A stretch of 64,000 nt of DNA, taken from contig MU058384.1 in assembly GCA_013265495.1 (NCBI GenBank), positions 3,323,010-3,387,009 on the forward strand, read 5' to 3'. Made by a program: the position numbers and the translations under genes. Within the stretch, counting starts at the first letter, position 1. Every line of letters begins with the position of its first letter. Of the stretch, positions 38,595-51,319 are shown piece after piece. The stretch comes from Vicugna vicugna (taxonomy: Eukaryota). A model generated the notes under the pieces. The model had not been told where the DNA came from. It did no database searches and was given only the letters and a program-made list of their open reading frames with translations.

Positions 38595-39477
38595 TCCTGG
38601 CTATATCCTTTTTGCTTATCTCTTCTTTTTACATAAGAAGTACATTAATAAATAATTTCCAAGAATATTGGGGGAAAAATTAGTAAAAGTAATTTAAGCA
38701 AAGTGTATTGGTACTTAATTCTGTATCAATAATGAATAGCCTCTTCCTCACCCCTTTTGAAAACATTATGCCGAACCCAGCTGTCAAAACTTCCTGAGTT
38801 ACAATAGAGGAAGCTTTACAGGAATAAACAACTCAATGAATTCAAACTCCAGTTTCCAATTATTTTCAAAACCATCAGGAGAGCTTTGAACCTCTTCATC
38901 ACACTGAAGCACAGTAGCAAAAATCTCAAGCTTTTAAGTTAGGCAGACCGGGGTTAGAATTCCACTAAGTTGCTGTGTTATCTTATACAATACAAAACAA
39001 ACAAAACAAACGTACACACATCAAGTCTGTGAATCTCAGCTTCCTCATCTGTTCTTGTAATCTGACTTCATCCAGGCCACACCAGCTGGACACACAGCTG
39101 AGGTCACATTAACCATAGTGACACATGCTCCCTCAGCGATTGTCCCCTCCAGCTTACACAGGATTTCTCATTCCCTGTAAGTTCATCTCCCCCACGTGCC
39201 TGCAGGTGTGTCTCACATGTGCTTACTTGCAAACAAATTAGTTGCACACATACCATCAAGGGCACTGTCCCTCCTCCATGCTGCCCTATGAGCTCTGATC
39301 TGTTCTCTTGCTTCCAGATCTGGCCCTGCTGTGGCTTCTCCAGTGAATACAAGAGTGCCCACCGGGTTGAGGATGGCCAGGTACCTGAAATGGCCTTGGT
39401 ACTTAACTCTCAAACTCTCTCCCTGGATCTGAATTTCTAGCTGGTTTTCTAAAGGCAGGAAATCCTATGCAAAGCAT

Positions 39478-39625
39478 CTCTAGAGATGCGGGTTTCCAAC
39501 TCCAGGGTGCATGAGGATCACCTGGTGAGTTGTTGAAAATGCAGACCCCTGACCCCCACCCAGGTCTCTCAGTTGAATTTCTGGTGTTGCAGGTCCACAG
39601 GTCACCTGGAAAACATGTGTCTGGT
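39478..39625. mobile_element. MER5-like hAT fragment
   Basis: gggtgcatgaggatcacctggtgagttgttgaaaatgcagacccctgacccccaccc. Confidence 0.65.
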
Positions 39626-39849
39626 CTACTGTTGATTTGGAGGATGTCGGCCTGTCTGAAGCATCCACAACATGTCCTCAATCATTTCCGTAACTTCCCT
39701 CTTATAGCAGGGTGCTGTCCACCATCCATCTCAGCCTGGGAAGGCTCGGTTTGGAACCATCAGCTCACCGGGCTCCAGCTCTTGGCTTATTAGCCGTGAT
39801 AAAAATGTCCTCAGGAGTGAGTAGACTGAGGTGTAAATGCACAGTCCTG

Positions 39850-41115
39850 GATTATCATCTTTTTTTCTTCTAATCTTTTTCTCTTGCTGCATTCCCTGAG
39901 CACATCTCTCATAGCTGAAACCTAGCAGCGTTCATAGTTTCTTTCCTCCTTCTTATTCCCAACATACAGTCACCCACCAAGGCCTGTCTAATCTCCCTCG
40001 AGTCCCCTTTAAATATGCCCCTACTCTCCATGGCGCTGCAGCTGCTTCGTTTAGACAGCACCATCTCTTGTCCAGACTATTGAGACCAACTCCCAATGCT
40101 CTCTGCCTGCAGTCCCTTCCTTACCGTTGAAGTCTAACCTCTAGCCAGAGCGATTTATCAGAAATGCAGATCTGTCATCCCATTTCTCACTGTCCCCTAG
40201 AGCAGTCATTTCCCCTCATAATATTGTGCACAAAACCCTAATATATTAAATTGATAAAACTGGAGCTGCTCAGCTGAAGGAGACTCATGAGAGGGGTGAT
40301 GGAAAGATGAGGAACAGAGCTCCATGCACCCACTCAGCCTTCCTGGATCTCCCCCACCTTTCCCACCCACCTGGCAGCAGCTCTGAGTAGCCTCCAAACA
40401 CCAGTGGTATCCATGGAAACCACATCTCCTCCCCAGCTTCATCTTCTCCCATCCTTCCCTCAGAGATACCCTGTGCTCTGTAGCTGTGCTAACAAGATGG
40501 CAGTCACTAGTCACATGCCACTCTTTAGACCTGAATTAATTTAATGTAAATTAAATTAAAAATCCAGTCCCACTGACAACTGGCCACATCACGAGTGCTC
40601 AAGAACCACAAGTAGCCAGTGGCAGCCAGGATGGACATCACAGATACAGCATATTTCCACTGCTGTGGAAAGTTCTGTTGGACGGTGCTGCTCTAGAGAT
40701 GTGAAATTAACTGCAGTTCCCCAAACCCCACCCGCTTTCTCACAGTCTAGTCTCTGCACATGCTGTCCCCTGTCCTTTCCATGTAGCATCTTCTCCTCTC
40801 TGTGGTCTGTTTGGTAAATTCCACACATTCTTCAAGAGTCTCTGGAGAAGCTTCCCCTTAGGAGCCTTCAAGTTAAAACCATAAGAATAATAAAAATTTT
40901 TTTAAAGAGCTTTTCCCTAACTTTCTAATCTCCTGTCTCAGTCAGGGACAACCTGAACACAGTTTCCTCTCTGAACCCTTTGTACTCAGAAATTCTTTTA
41001 ATATAGCACTTTTCACATGATTTTGTAATTCTTTGCTTGGCTGTGTAATTGTAGATGAGACTGTGAACAGAGATATTTTAACTCATCATTGTAATCAAAG
41101 CAATCAGTAAATATC
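39850..41115. mobile_element. L2 fragments (interrupted)
   Basis: caacatacagtcacccaccaaggcctgtc; gccagagcgatttatcagaaatgcagatctg; tctctgcacatgctgtcccctgtcc. Confidence 0.55.
40478..40696. mobile_element. MER3 hAT DNA transposon
   Basis: gcagtcactagtcacatgcc...aaaaatccagtccc...ccacatcacgagtgctcaagaaccacaagtagccagtggc...ggaaagttctgttggacggtgctgctctag. Confidence 0.75.
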
Positions 41116-41221
41116 TATTAAATTAATAAATTAATTGATAAAGGATGGAGAAAAATCACATTGCTATGTACATAAGGGTGAAAAATGAGAGCAATCATGG
41201 AAATGGTGGCAACATTCCCAA

Positions 41222-41725
41222 TGAGTAGGCAACGTAATTCCCCTCCCCCCACCTCCACCCCAAAGATGTCTGCATCCCGTTGCTCAGGACCTTTGGGTAT
41301 GTTATGTGACATGGCAAAAGAGGCTTTACAGATGTTGATAAACTTAAATCTTTTGATATAGGGAGATGGTTAGGCATTATCCAGGTGGCTAATGTAATCA
41401 CAATGTAATCCTTACAAGTGGAAGAAGGAGGCAGAAGAGAAGATCAGAGTAATGCAACGTGAGAAGCATTCCATCTACTGTCGCTGGCTTTGCCGAGGAA
41501 GAAGAAGGCTAAGAGTCAAGGAATGTGTGTGACCTCTAGAGGCTGGAAAGGCAAGAAAACAGATTGTCCCCTAGAGACTCCAGAAAGGAACACAGCCTGT
41601 CTACTCCTTGCTTTTAATCCTGTTTTCAGACTTCTGGCCTCCAGAACTGTAAGAAAATACGTTTGCTCTGCTTTAAGCTGCTATGTTTGTAGTAATTTGC
41701 GAGAACACCCAAAGGAAATGCACTC
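41222..41725 (+). mobile_element. MaLR LTR (MLT1C/D-like)
   Basis: cccaaagatgtctgcatccc...gacatggcaaaagaggctttacagatgt...ctctagaggctggaaaggcaagaaaacagattgtcccctagag...gacttctggcctccagaactgtaaga. Confidence 0.85.
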
Positions 41726-42134
41726 AGAGGCATTAGGAAGGGAAGGGTGTTAATACAGAAAGAAAATGTATTTAACTGGAGGACTTCTCATCCATGTGAT
41801 CCTGGGATCCAACACAGGGAGAAGGCCTCACGCTGCACAACAGGGACACCATCACTGACCCCAAGGCAGAGAGGATGCATTCTGGGCTCGCGCTTTATTC
41901 TGAGAAGTGCTGTCAAGTGTGAGGAGGGGTTACACCAGCCCCTGGAGCTGGTGACTATAGTATAGGTGGGAAGATAGTTTCTCTTAAAAGACCCAACATT
42001 GCTGACACCTAGTCTTGACTTCAACCTCTTTGAGAGCACAGAAAATGACCAAATACTTTCTGAAAGTGCACAAGTTGTCTAGCCCATTGCATGAATTAAA
42101 CAAATACAATATGGCATACAAAAGACTTTTTTTT

Positions 42135-42233
42135 GGAGGGTGTGGTATTTTTTGGAGTTCGGTGATAAAGTGCATGCTTAGCATGCATTAGGTCCTGGTT
42201 TCAACCCCCAGTATTGCCATTAAAAAAAAAAAA
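42135..42233 (+). mobile_element. tRNA-derived SINE, camelid Vic-1-like
   Basis: gtgataaagtgcatgcttagcatgcattaggtcctggtttcaacccccagta + poly-A; resembles the recalled GTGGTAGAGTGCATGCTTAGCATGCA..GGTCCTGGGTTCAATCCCCAGTA consensus. Confidence 0.8.
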
Positions 42234-42479
42234 GAAAGCATAGCTTCACAGTGGAAATTTTATTTTATACAGTGTAAACAGTGTAAGTTATGTTATAACT
42301 CTATCTCTGCATGCAATGGAGAAGCTTCTATTCAGAGAAACTATAAATATTTGCAATCTATTTCCCAACTGGAGTTTCAATATGAACTGAAGAGTTTTCA
42401 GTGATTTTTATTATTTTTTTTTGAAAAGACATTTATCTAACTAATATCTTTTATTCCAGGAGCCATTCTTTTGGACACA

Positions 42480-43310
42480 GAGATGGGAAGCCTGGTCACA
42501 GTCTAGCAGTGAGAATAGAGCTGTAAAGTGTTAGCAGTGTCTTGACAGAAGTTATGAGGACGTGAAGGGCGCCATGGTCACCTCTACCCTTGGGGAAAGT
42601 TTACAACTTATCGGGAAGTGATGATTAAGCCACATCTTGAAGGATAAGTAGATGTCTGCCAGGTGAAGAAGGTGGGGTAGGGGTTGCTCCGGGAATATGA
42701 GGAAGAGGGTGGCGTGGTGGGCAAGTGTCAGCCTGCACTGTGATTCTGGACCTGGCTAATTCAGGAAACTACAGTCATTCCACTCTGCAGGGTCAGAGCG
42801 AACGTGAAGGAAGGGAGGAAGGTGAGGAGAGCGCTTAGAAGGAAGACGAGGAGCAAGTCTGGGAGAGGCACCATATTCCATGCTGCAATCAGGAACCCTG
42901 AAGGGTTTTAAGCACAGAAGCACCATGATTAGATTTGCACCTTAGGAAGGACAAGCTGACAGTCACCACCCAAGAGAAGGCTGGGTGGTGAGAGGAGACC
43001 ATGTCCATGATGGCAGAATTCACATGGATGGAGGGAAGTCACACGCTAGAGATGTCAGTGAGATGTAGCATAAGCAAAAGTCCCAGAACATGGTTATCAG
43101 TTTGCAAAGGGACAGCAAGGGCAAGGATTTTTGTGTGAATGACAAGAGGTGGAGATGCCACTGAGATAGGAAAAGCTCGACGGTAAACAGGTTGAGCCAC
43201 AGAGGTGTCTGAGCGCCCTGGTAGAGCATCCCATCAGCAGTCAGATACCTGTGCCTGAAGCTCAGCAGACAGCCTGAGATTAAAGCTATTGACTGGGGCG
43301 GTGCCAATAA
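42480..43310. mobile_element. L2 fragment
   Basis: aagggttttaagcacagaagcaccatgattagatttgcac; cagcagtcagatacctgtgcctgaagctcag. Confidence 0.55.
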
Positions 43311-43984
43311 ATATGCATCATTCAAGACGTACTCTGCATAATTACATCTATCAGTTATTGCTTCTTAAGGACTGGAAACCATGAGGAGGACTTTGCATTC
43401 ACTATTGAATGAATCTCTGCAACAACCCCATGGTGTACAAATTGCTATCACATTTTATTGCTGAAAAAGCAAATGCTTGGAGACGTTAAGTAACTTAGTG
43501 TCCTCAGATCACAATGTTTGCAAATGATAAAGCCGGGATGCAAATCCAAAAAAGTACTCACTTGGATACTTGACAACAATCTTTATCATCATCATCATTC
43601 TCCTCATCATCACTAAAGATATATATTCTTTTTTTTTAATTCATCCAAAATACAGATTTCAAATTAAGACAAAGGTAACAAAGAAGGTCACCAGGGAGAA
43701 TATGGAAAATGAAAATGAAGAGAAAGAAGATGAGCTCACAAAAGATTCTGAGAAGGAATGTCAGAAACATAGAAGAACAGAGACATCCCTCTAAGTCCAA
43801 GATACCCTCCTAAATTTACTCAATTAAAAAATCTAAAGTTAAAATTATACCAGAGAGACTAAAAGTAAGGCAGGATCCCACCTCCTCATTTGAATTTGCT
43901 CTTTCTGACAAATTACTTGTATATTGTGCAATTAAATCACAATGAAAGCATTTAAATTCCATGGGAAAATGACAAAGTCAAACA

Positions 43985-44672
43985 AAGTAAGACAAGTCAC
44001 GGGGATGTAATGTACAGCATGGCAACTAGAGTAAATAACATCGTATTTTGTATTTGAAAGTTGCTGAGAGAATAGATCTTAAAAGTTCTCATCACAAGAA
44101 AAAAATTACAACAACGTGGTGATGGATATTAACTAGACTTATTGTAGTGATCATTTCACAATGGAAAAAGATACCCCACTTTTGGAAGGTTCTCTTTAAA
44201 TCACTGCTTTTATGAAAGATCTACATGAATACCTGTTTTCACTAGCCAATGGAACTCTGAAGAGGATTTTCGCGTTTGTGGAAAAAAAGTGAAAAGCGAA
44301 AGTCATGTTCAGAGTTTGTTTTTCAGTGAGCCCTTATAGAGGCAGTGAGCGTGCCAAGCGGTGAGAGTGGCACCCCCACGCTCTTTCCTGGGCACTACAC
44401 TCAGCATCTCAGCATAAAGCTATCATAGCTTCAGACCATGTCTGTGAGCATCTGTGCTTTGTCTCAGCTTATTTTGTGCATCCATCAGCAACATATGTCC
44501 TAAGGTAGTTGCTTCTTCACTTTAGACCACTTTAGACCTATTAAAGTTTTCATAGGAATGTCCTACTTTCCAATGGTGGGGAAACCTGTACATACAAATA
44601 ATGAATTATTGTGTTGTACATTTGAAATTAATATACTGTTATATGTCAGTTGTATCTCAATTAAAAAAAAAC
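43985..44672 (+). mobile_element. L1MA9-like 3' end split by a Tigger insertion
   Basis: gggatgtaatgtacagcatgg...gaaagttgctgagagaatagatcttaaaagttctcatcacaagaaaaaa; resumes at ~44590 with catacaaat...gttgtatctcaattaaaa. Confidence 0.8.
44168..44590. mobile_element. Tigger-family (TcMar) non-autonomous DNA transposon, artiodactyl type
   Basis: gataccccactttt...gaagaggattttcgc...actacactcagcatctcagcat...ggggaaacctgta, ending in a TA dinucleotide. Confidence 0.7.
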
Positions 44673-44679
44673 TGTCGGA

Positions 44680-44915
44680 AGGCATACATTAGGAATTCTG
44701 GATTTGCAGATACTAATTACTATATGTAAAATAAATAAACAACAAAGTCTTACTATATAGCCCAGGGAACTATATTCAATCCCTTGTAATGACTTATAAT
44801 GAAAAAGAATATGAAAAAGAATGTACATATATATGTATGAATGAATCACTATGCTGTATACCAGAAATTAACAGAACATTGTAAATAGACTATATGTCAA
44901 TAATTAAAAAAAACT
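44680..44915 (+). mobile_element. Camelid-type L1 3' end
   Basis: gatttgcagatactaattactata...cagggaactatattcaat...gaatcactatgctgtataccagaaattaac + A-tail. Confidence 0.85.
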
Positions 44916-45179
44916 AATCTTGCACCTAATGTAAGTGCCATCTTAGGTAATTGACAGGAGAGTTTTCAAAGGCAGATTTTGAAATAAATCCATAATACCA
45001 GCTCAAAAAAGCTTCATCTATAAACTTTCTAATCCCATCATCTCTAATTTCACCATCTAATCCTATTTCATAGGCAATGTCTGAATTCCCCAGAACTGTG
45101 TGCATGTAACATCCAGCTGTGCAATGGATTTCTTCCCCCAACCCGCTCCACTGCACATAAACTACTTAAGGCAAAGGAT

Positions 45180-45700
45180 CTTTTTCATAGGTCCTTGTAG
45201 CTTGCCATAACACCTATCACAAAGCACCTAGTAAGTGCTCAGAAAGTGCTTGTTGAGTTCCTTCATTCCTTTCATCATAAATAGATGTTGAAGTGCCTCC
45301 TCTATGCAGGGTACTGTGTGAGACAGTGGGAATACAACAGGAAGCCAAATATGCACGGATCCCAACCTCGTGGAACTTCCAGGTTCCTGGCAGCACAGAA
45401 TTAATCAAGACATCACAGATGCAAGTGTAATTTCAGTTGTGATTTGCAATCCAAAGGCAAGGTGTGGTGCTGTGAGTCCCTAGTAAAGGCATTGCCAAAG
45501 CAGGGAGATCCAGGGAGATATCTCTTAGGAAGTGATGTTTTGAGCTGAGTTCTGAAAGAACAATGGAGGTTAACCCAGTGAGGTGGTGGAAAAGCATCCA
45601 GAACAGAAAGAACAACACATGCAAAGACCCTGAGCCAGGATGGAAAAGGAAAGAAGAAATGATTGGCATCCTCTCCTAGAGCAGGTTGGCCTCCAGGAAA
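45180..45700. mobile_element. L2 fragments
   Basis: agcacctagtaagtgctcag...cattcctttcat; ggaagtgatgttttgagctgagttctgaaagaac...gcaaagaccctgag. Confidence 0.6.
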
Positions 45701-45879
45701 GAAAGTCAAGGCCTTGCACGTCTCACTTTCTGCAGTCGCTTCCCCACTCCTTCGCAACATCAGTATGAATATCAGGTGGCAAATATCCCTACATTAAAAC
45801 AGCATCCAAAGTGAAATTTTTAAACACTTAATTCACAATTCATGTATATTAATTTGCAGATATGTATGAAGAAACAGGA

Positions 45880-46260
45880 GTGGCCCAAGAATCAAAAGAT
45901 CTAGGTTCTAACTATTGTGTGATCTTGGTTATTCACTTGACCTCTCTGAGCCTTGATTTCTTGATTTGTAAAATTAGAAAGGAAGGAAGACCATAGACTG
46001 CTACTGAAGTTCCTCCCTGCTCTAAGTTTTTTACGTTTATGTGTGTTTAGGTTTTTAAGACTTGAAGGAGCATTGGCACAGTATAATACAAAAAATAAAG
46101 CAGAGTATTACATTGTTCTCATCCCAGATCTGCTGCTTAATAGCTGTGCTACAAATGACTCAACCTTTCTGAAACACCAATATAATAATATCTACTCTGC
46201 AGAGCTATAAATATATACATACATTTATACATAAAGCACCTGACCTACAGAAGTTGTTAT
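45880..46260 (+). mobile_element. MIR fragments
   Basis: gatctaggttctaac...gtgatcttgg...cacttgacctctctgagccttgatttcttgatttgtaaaat. Confidence 0.65.
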
Positions 46261-47023
46261 TACAACTGATGTGCAGTAGTTTAATACTCTGTGGGTTCTA
46301 TGACCTCTTTTTAAAGGAAACTGTAAAACAATACATAACAGTCTCAAGAAAAATGAATCTTTGTCAGAATTTTCTCAGAGAGTAGTAATATTTCTCCATA
46401 GATGGAGGGTGTTATCATTTGTTAGTATCACCAGCTTAGAAAATTATACTTACTAAGCACTTGCCCTTTTGCTATGAGAAGACCATTGCTATGAGAATTT
46501 GGGAGCCTTTTTTCTTATCAAATAAGGGATAAAAGGACAGATTATTACTATCAACAGGGGGATTTACGTCTACAATGAACAATTTTTGTTTCAGCTTTTA
46601 TTCTAAAAGACATTGTCATTAAGATTTAGGAACAAAATGTGGGAAGTGAAACCATCAATATGACACCTATGCTCACCTCACAGAATTTTGCTATTAATTC
46701 AGTGCAGTTTTAGAAAAATTGCATGAGAGATAATTTCCACTGCTGTTTTACCCGCGTAGAACCCAACCCTGAAATCCCATGCAGGTATAAACCCTCTCTC
46801 TTTTCTGAAGAACCAACATGAACAGGACTATGGGCTTCTAACTATGACAGATAAACTGAGATTTTTGAAGACACATTGTTCATTTCACTACAGAAAAATG
46901 GTTGAAATTATTTCAAATGTTTAAATCAAAATATTTAAACCCAATTCACTGCTTTTACTAAAGTTATAAAAATATCCCATTATTTATTCCACTTCAGTTT
47001 TGATCCGATGGCATTTGGCCTAT

Positions 47024-47566
47024 TGCAGGGAAGGAAAAATAATTTTCCCTCTTTTTTTCCAGCTTCTTGACTGAAACCCCCTCTGTAATAAAAGACAGAT
47101 TAACAGCAGAAAAACAAACAGAAGTTAATAACATGTATGCCCCCTGTATTTATGGGAGGTACCCAGGAAAACTCAGTAACTCTCAGAATGGCTCAAGCCA
47201 TCGCCCTAAATGCCATCTTCAGCTAAAGATAAAGGGAGATGTTGGGGGGCAGGGGTGGGGAGCCAGTTATAAGAAGTTACCAGAAAGAGCACAGCAAACA
47301 AGGGTGTGATTATGAAGATTAAGCCCTTTCCTTCTCCATTATAAAAGTTTCTAGAGTTTTAGTTATCTTCCTCTTCCTGGTACAGGGAAGGGAGAAAAAC
47401 ATGCTTACAAATGAGATTTCCTTTACAAATGTAAATTTCCTTTACAAAAGGGTAACTTTGGTTATCAGAGCTTCTCCAGTGTCTGTTGTTTCTTAAAAAT
47501 AAGCAGCTCAAATAATCTTCATGCCAAAGAGGCATATTTTGGGGTGGCATATTCTGCTCCCCTTCA
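47024..47566 (-). mobile_element. ERV1-class solo LTR
   Basis: TG...CA ends; minus strand begins tgaaggggagcagaatatgccaccccaaaatatgcc; flanks ctat/ctgt (3/4 TSD match). Confidence 0.8.
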
Positions 47567-47758
47567 CTGTATCGAAAAACCTCCCAGTGGAAAACACTTA
47601 CGTTAAAATTGCATTAAAATATTTTTAAATGCATGATTGAACTTGTGGGACAATAAGGCAGTTCTTAGAGGCCCCAAACAATAGGGTTAAAGTGGTATTT
47701 ATGCTAAAAGCATATTTTTAATCCTGGTGGTCCAGGGCATATAGTCTGGGGTTCAAAT

Positions 47759-48370
47759 TATTACAGAATTGGTCGACCAGACCTCCCAGGGGTCCCAGCC
47801 TGGGCAGAGATCACCCTCTGTCTCTGCCAGGAAGGTTTCTTTTCTGATCAGATTCACACAGCCAATAATAAAACCAATGCTGAGACTGGAAAAGAACAGG
47901 CCTTATTTAATGGTCAAAGAATGGAGAAGCAGAAACCTAGCTCACAAATCGACTTCTCAACCCAATGCAGGTGGAGACACCAAAAATATAGAGGTAAAAG
48001 AGAAGGAATTGGAAAGACAGGGAGGAACATCCATGAGTTATCCGAGAACGTGGTGTGGATTGGTTCCAGAGCTGATAGAACTCTCCTTTTCACTCCTTGC
48101 ACGGGCTTTTCTGGTTGCTGTCGTGGCAATAGTCAACCGTCATGGCGCTAGTGGGTGTGTCAGTTAGCATGCTAATGCATTACAATGAGCGTATAATGAG
48201 GCTCAAGGTCCACTGGAAGTCACATCCTCCACCATCTTGGACTCAGTTGTTTCCAACTGATCCTTGTTTTTTCCTCTTTGCAGCTTCTCCTAAAACTTAG
48301 GTAAGGGTAATTGGTTTCTATTCCAGGGAGGAGCAAGGGTATGATCTTGAGGGCAAAAGCCTCGGTAACA
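47759..48370 (-). mobile_element. ERV solo LTR (different family)
   Basis: Ends tattacag...ctcggtaaca; flanks aaat/gaat; gttagcatgctaatgcattacaatgagcgtataatgag is a typical LTR motif. Confidence 0.6.
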
Positions 48371-48479
48371 GAATCAGTCAGATTGAAGCCGCCTGCATAA
48401 AGCATAAAGAGGCTAACAAGGGAAATGAAAACCCATTCTGCAGAGGTAGGTGCTGGGACAGGTTGCCCATCGTAGCCAG

Positions 48480-48625
48480 AGAGCAGGAAAGAAAAGAAAG
48501 AGGGAAGGAACAGAGGAAGGGAGAGAGGGAAAGAGAGAGAGGGTTTAAAGATATAAGGAAAAAGAGAATGTAGGGAGAGACAAAGAAGAAATGAAGGGAG
48601 GGAGGCAAGGGGAAGAAGAAAGAGT
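48480..48625 (+). repeat. GA-rich low-complexity tract
   Basis: Nearly all purines on the plus strand. Confidence 0.8.
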
Positions 48626-48849
48626 CTCTTCAGAAAATTCCAACCTAAACTGATCCTTATGTGAGTTTGAGAATTAAAATTCAAGTAATCTGTGTTCACA
48701 GTCACCTAACCTGAAAACTGAGTTTAAAATCTCTCAGTTGGTAGGACACTAAGGTGCTTAGCAGAACTAAGTATAAATATACTCTCAGAGAATGCATTTT
48801 AAATCCAGACATCAAGGAATTCCCACAAAAATCTTTTCCAAGGGGCATG

Positions 48850-50015
48850 ATTTAACAGTCATGATCTCAAACCATCAAGAAAGCCATTGCCAGCAAGAGT
48901 GAGCAGGAATAACAAACTGCAGGATGAGACACACAGTATCTGATAATAATGGAATTCTCAGATACAGGTTATCAGATAAATGTGTTTACTATGTTTTAAA
49001 GAAATAATAGAAAGAATTGAACACACAATCAAGGAACAGGAAGCAATCAAAAATGACCAATCAGAATTGAAAACAATCAAATAGAAAATGTAAAATAAAA
49101 AAGGCAATATTTGCAGTTAGAAGCACAATGGACGTGTTAAAAACAAAGAGTGTTGCTCATCAACCAGATTCACAAAGATTGAGTCATTAGCCACGGCAGA
49201 CACTGACCGACAGTGCACCCTGAGAGGAATTCGGGTGAGAAACAGGATGAGGCCCTCTATGTTTCTAGATAGATGTATATCTCAGAAAGATTCTTGCATC
49301 TCCCCACACACAGAAAAGCACTAAAATCATTAACTGAGATATCAGTCCCTTGTGACTAGCAGTAATCTTTTACGGAAATGTATGCTTGACTGCACGTATT
49401 CTCTAACCAAAAATCATGTCTCTTCTGACTTCTCCCCTGCTTCTGCAGAGCAATTCCCCCAGAGCTACTGAAAGGCTGTTTCTGGGGCTCTAGTCCTCAG
49501 TAAGTTCCCTGAATAAAACTGAAACTCAGAACCCTTATATCATGCACTTGTCTTTCAGTCGAACAGCAGATTAGACAAAAGTAAAGAAAAGATTACCAAA
49601 ACACAGTCAGAAAGTGATGAGATGGAAATTAGAAAAGAGGTTGAAAGTTTCGGGTCATAGAATGAGGAAATGTAAAATATACCTAATCAGTTTTCCAGAA
49701 GGAGCCAATAGAATGAGACAGAAAAAAATTTTAAGAGATATTGGTTGAGAAATGTCTGGAACTGATGGAGAATAGCAACTCTCAGATTCAGTGAATCCAA
49801 GGAACCCCAAGCAAGATAAATAAAAATAAATCTATCTATTGAAATGTGTTGAAACAAAAGAACAAAAAAGATCCAAAAGTAGCCAAAAGCAAAAGATATT
49901 TATCTCCATCTTCAAAGTGCTGAGAGAATTTCACACCCAGTGAAACTATCTTTTAGGAATATTATAGATAAAGACAGAGTTTGCCAACAACAGAACAGCA
50001 CTGAGGAACTTCTGA
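48850..50015 (+). mobile_element. Old L1 ORF1-region fragments interrupted by an LTR
   Basis: agcagattagac, ccagaaggag, cagattcagtgaatccaaggaaccccaagcaagataaat, cacccagtgaaactatctttt. Confidence 0.55.
49135..49565 (+). mobile_element. ERV solo LTR
   Basis: tgttaaaaacaaagagtgttgc...gtcctcagtaagttccctgaataaaactgaaactcag...cagtcgaaca; AATAAA near the 3' end; TSD not resolved. Confidence 0.65.
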
Positions 50016-50017
50016 AG

Positions 50018-50332
50018 TACTGTCAGCCCTCCATATCCACAGGTTTGGCATCTGATGATTTAACCAACTGCAGATCGGAAATATTAAGGGAAAAAAATTC
50101 TACAAAGTTCCAAAAAGCAGAACTTGAATTTGCTGTGACAGCAACTATTTATGTAACACTTACATTGTATTTACAACTAGTTACATAGCATTTACATTGT
50201 ATTAGGCCTTAAAAGTCATCTAAAGATGATGTAAAGTATATGGGGAAGATGTGTGTAGGTTATATGCAAATATTATGCCATTTTATCAAATGGACTTGAT
50301 CATCCATGGATTTGGGTATACACAGAGGTCTG
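50018..50332 (-). mobile_element. MER2/MER2B-like Tigger DNA transposon
   Basis: tacatagcatttacattgtattagg...gatgtgtgtaggttatatgcaaatattatgccattttat...gacttgatcatccatggattt. Confidence 0.8.
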
Positions 50333-50672
50333 GGTCAAAAATAATCAATGTACCATTGTGGCATATTTGAGGCAGTTTGTCTTGAGCCCCAACAGTAGGT
50401 TTCCTGAAAGCCAAGAAAAACTGGGAAATATTGAGGCTGAGATTGTATCTAACCTATGATTCATTGATGCTCTGAAATCATAGGTAAACTCTTGTGCATG
50501 TATGTCACCTAAGTGTCCCAAATATCCTTGCCTGTGAAGTCAAGTTTCCCCTTTGACGTCCAAGTCACAAATAGTCTGAGTCACCAGCCTACTTGAGTGA
50601 CCAAAGTCCAAGTTCTTTTAGCTGCCTTGCAGAAGAGATCTGGGAATTTCCAGACAAACTTACAAGGTCCAC

Positions 50673-51155
50673 TGAATCGGTTCAGAACCAGTGTCCTCAA
50701 AATGTGCCACTTTGCCATGTGGATTATTTTGAGCTAAAGGCAATGGAGATCCTGAGGACTCAAGAGAAACTTCTGCCCTTCTTTTAACTACCTAGAAGAA
50801 CTTAAACTGAAGTCTTTTCCAGGATGAGAATTATTGCCAGAGATCAATTTTATCTGAGTGACCCATCTCCGTGGCAGGACAAACATCCAATTACCCAACA
50901 TCTGCACTTCTTCTTATTGTCCAAGAATCACCTTCCTCTCCTTTGAAGCCCCAGCTCCCTTTCCTATTTCTCAGCTCAGGAGGACATACATACCTCACTT
51001 TATCCTTCGGTCTTACAACCTCTCATGTATGTGGGGTTCCTGTATGTATAAAGTCAAATTTGTTTTTCTCCCATAAGTTTGTCTCATGTTGATTTGATTA
51101 TTAGGGCAGCTGAAAGAACCTTTGAAAGATAGAGGAAAATCCTTTCTTTCCAGCA
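50673..51155 (+). mobile_element. ERV1-class solo LTR (483 bp)
   Basis: TG...CA ends with perfect 4-bp TSD CCAC (50669-50672 and 51156-51159); aaaatgtgccactttgccatgtggattattttgagctaaagg. Confidence 0.85.
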
Positions 51156-51319
51156 CCACCGATCATCCTGGTTGTGGCTTACCACCCCAACCGGACTTCT
51201 GACTCTATAGTGTCTGTAACCTCCCTTCTGCAGAGCACCTCATGCCATTTTACAAATAATTGGCTACTCAGATCCCATCTTAGAGGAGCACAGTAACCAT
51301 GAATAGCACAGTAACAATG

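Noticed and set aside
42135..42233. tRNA-like sequence
   Set aside because: Degenerate stems and a poly-A tail indicate a SINE, not a functional tRNA gene.
48220..48705. Longest ORF (161 aa), hydrophobic
   Set aside because: Artefact of the antisense GA-rich tract plus LTR sequence (Leu/Ser/Phe/Pro low complexity).
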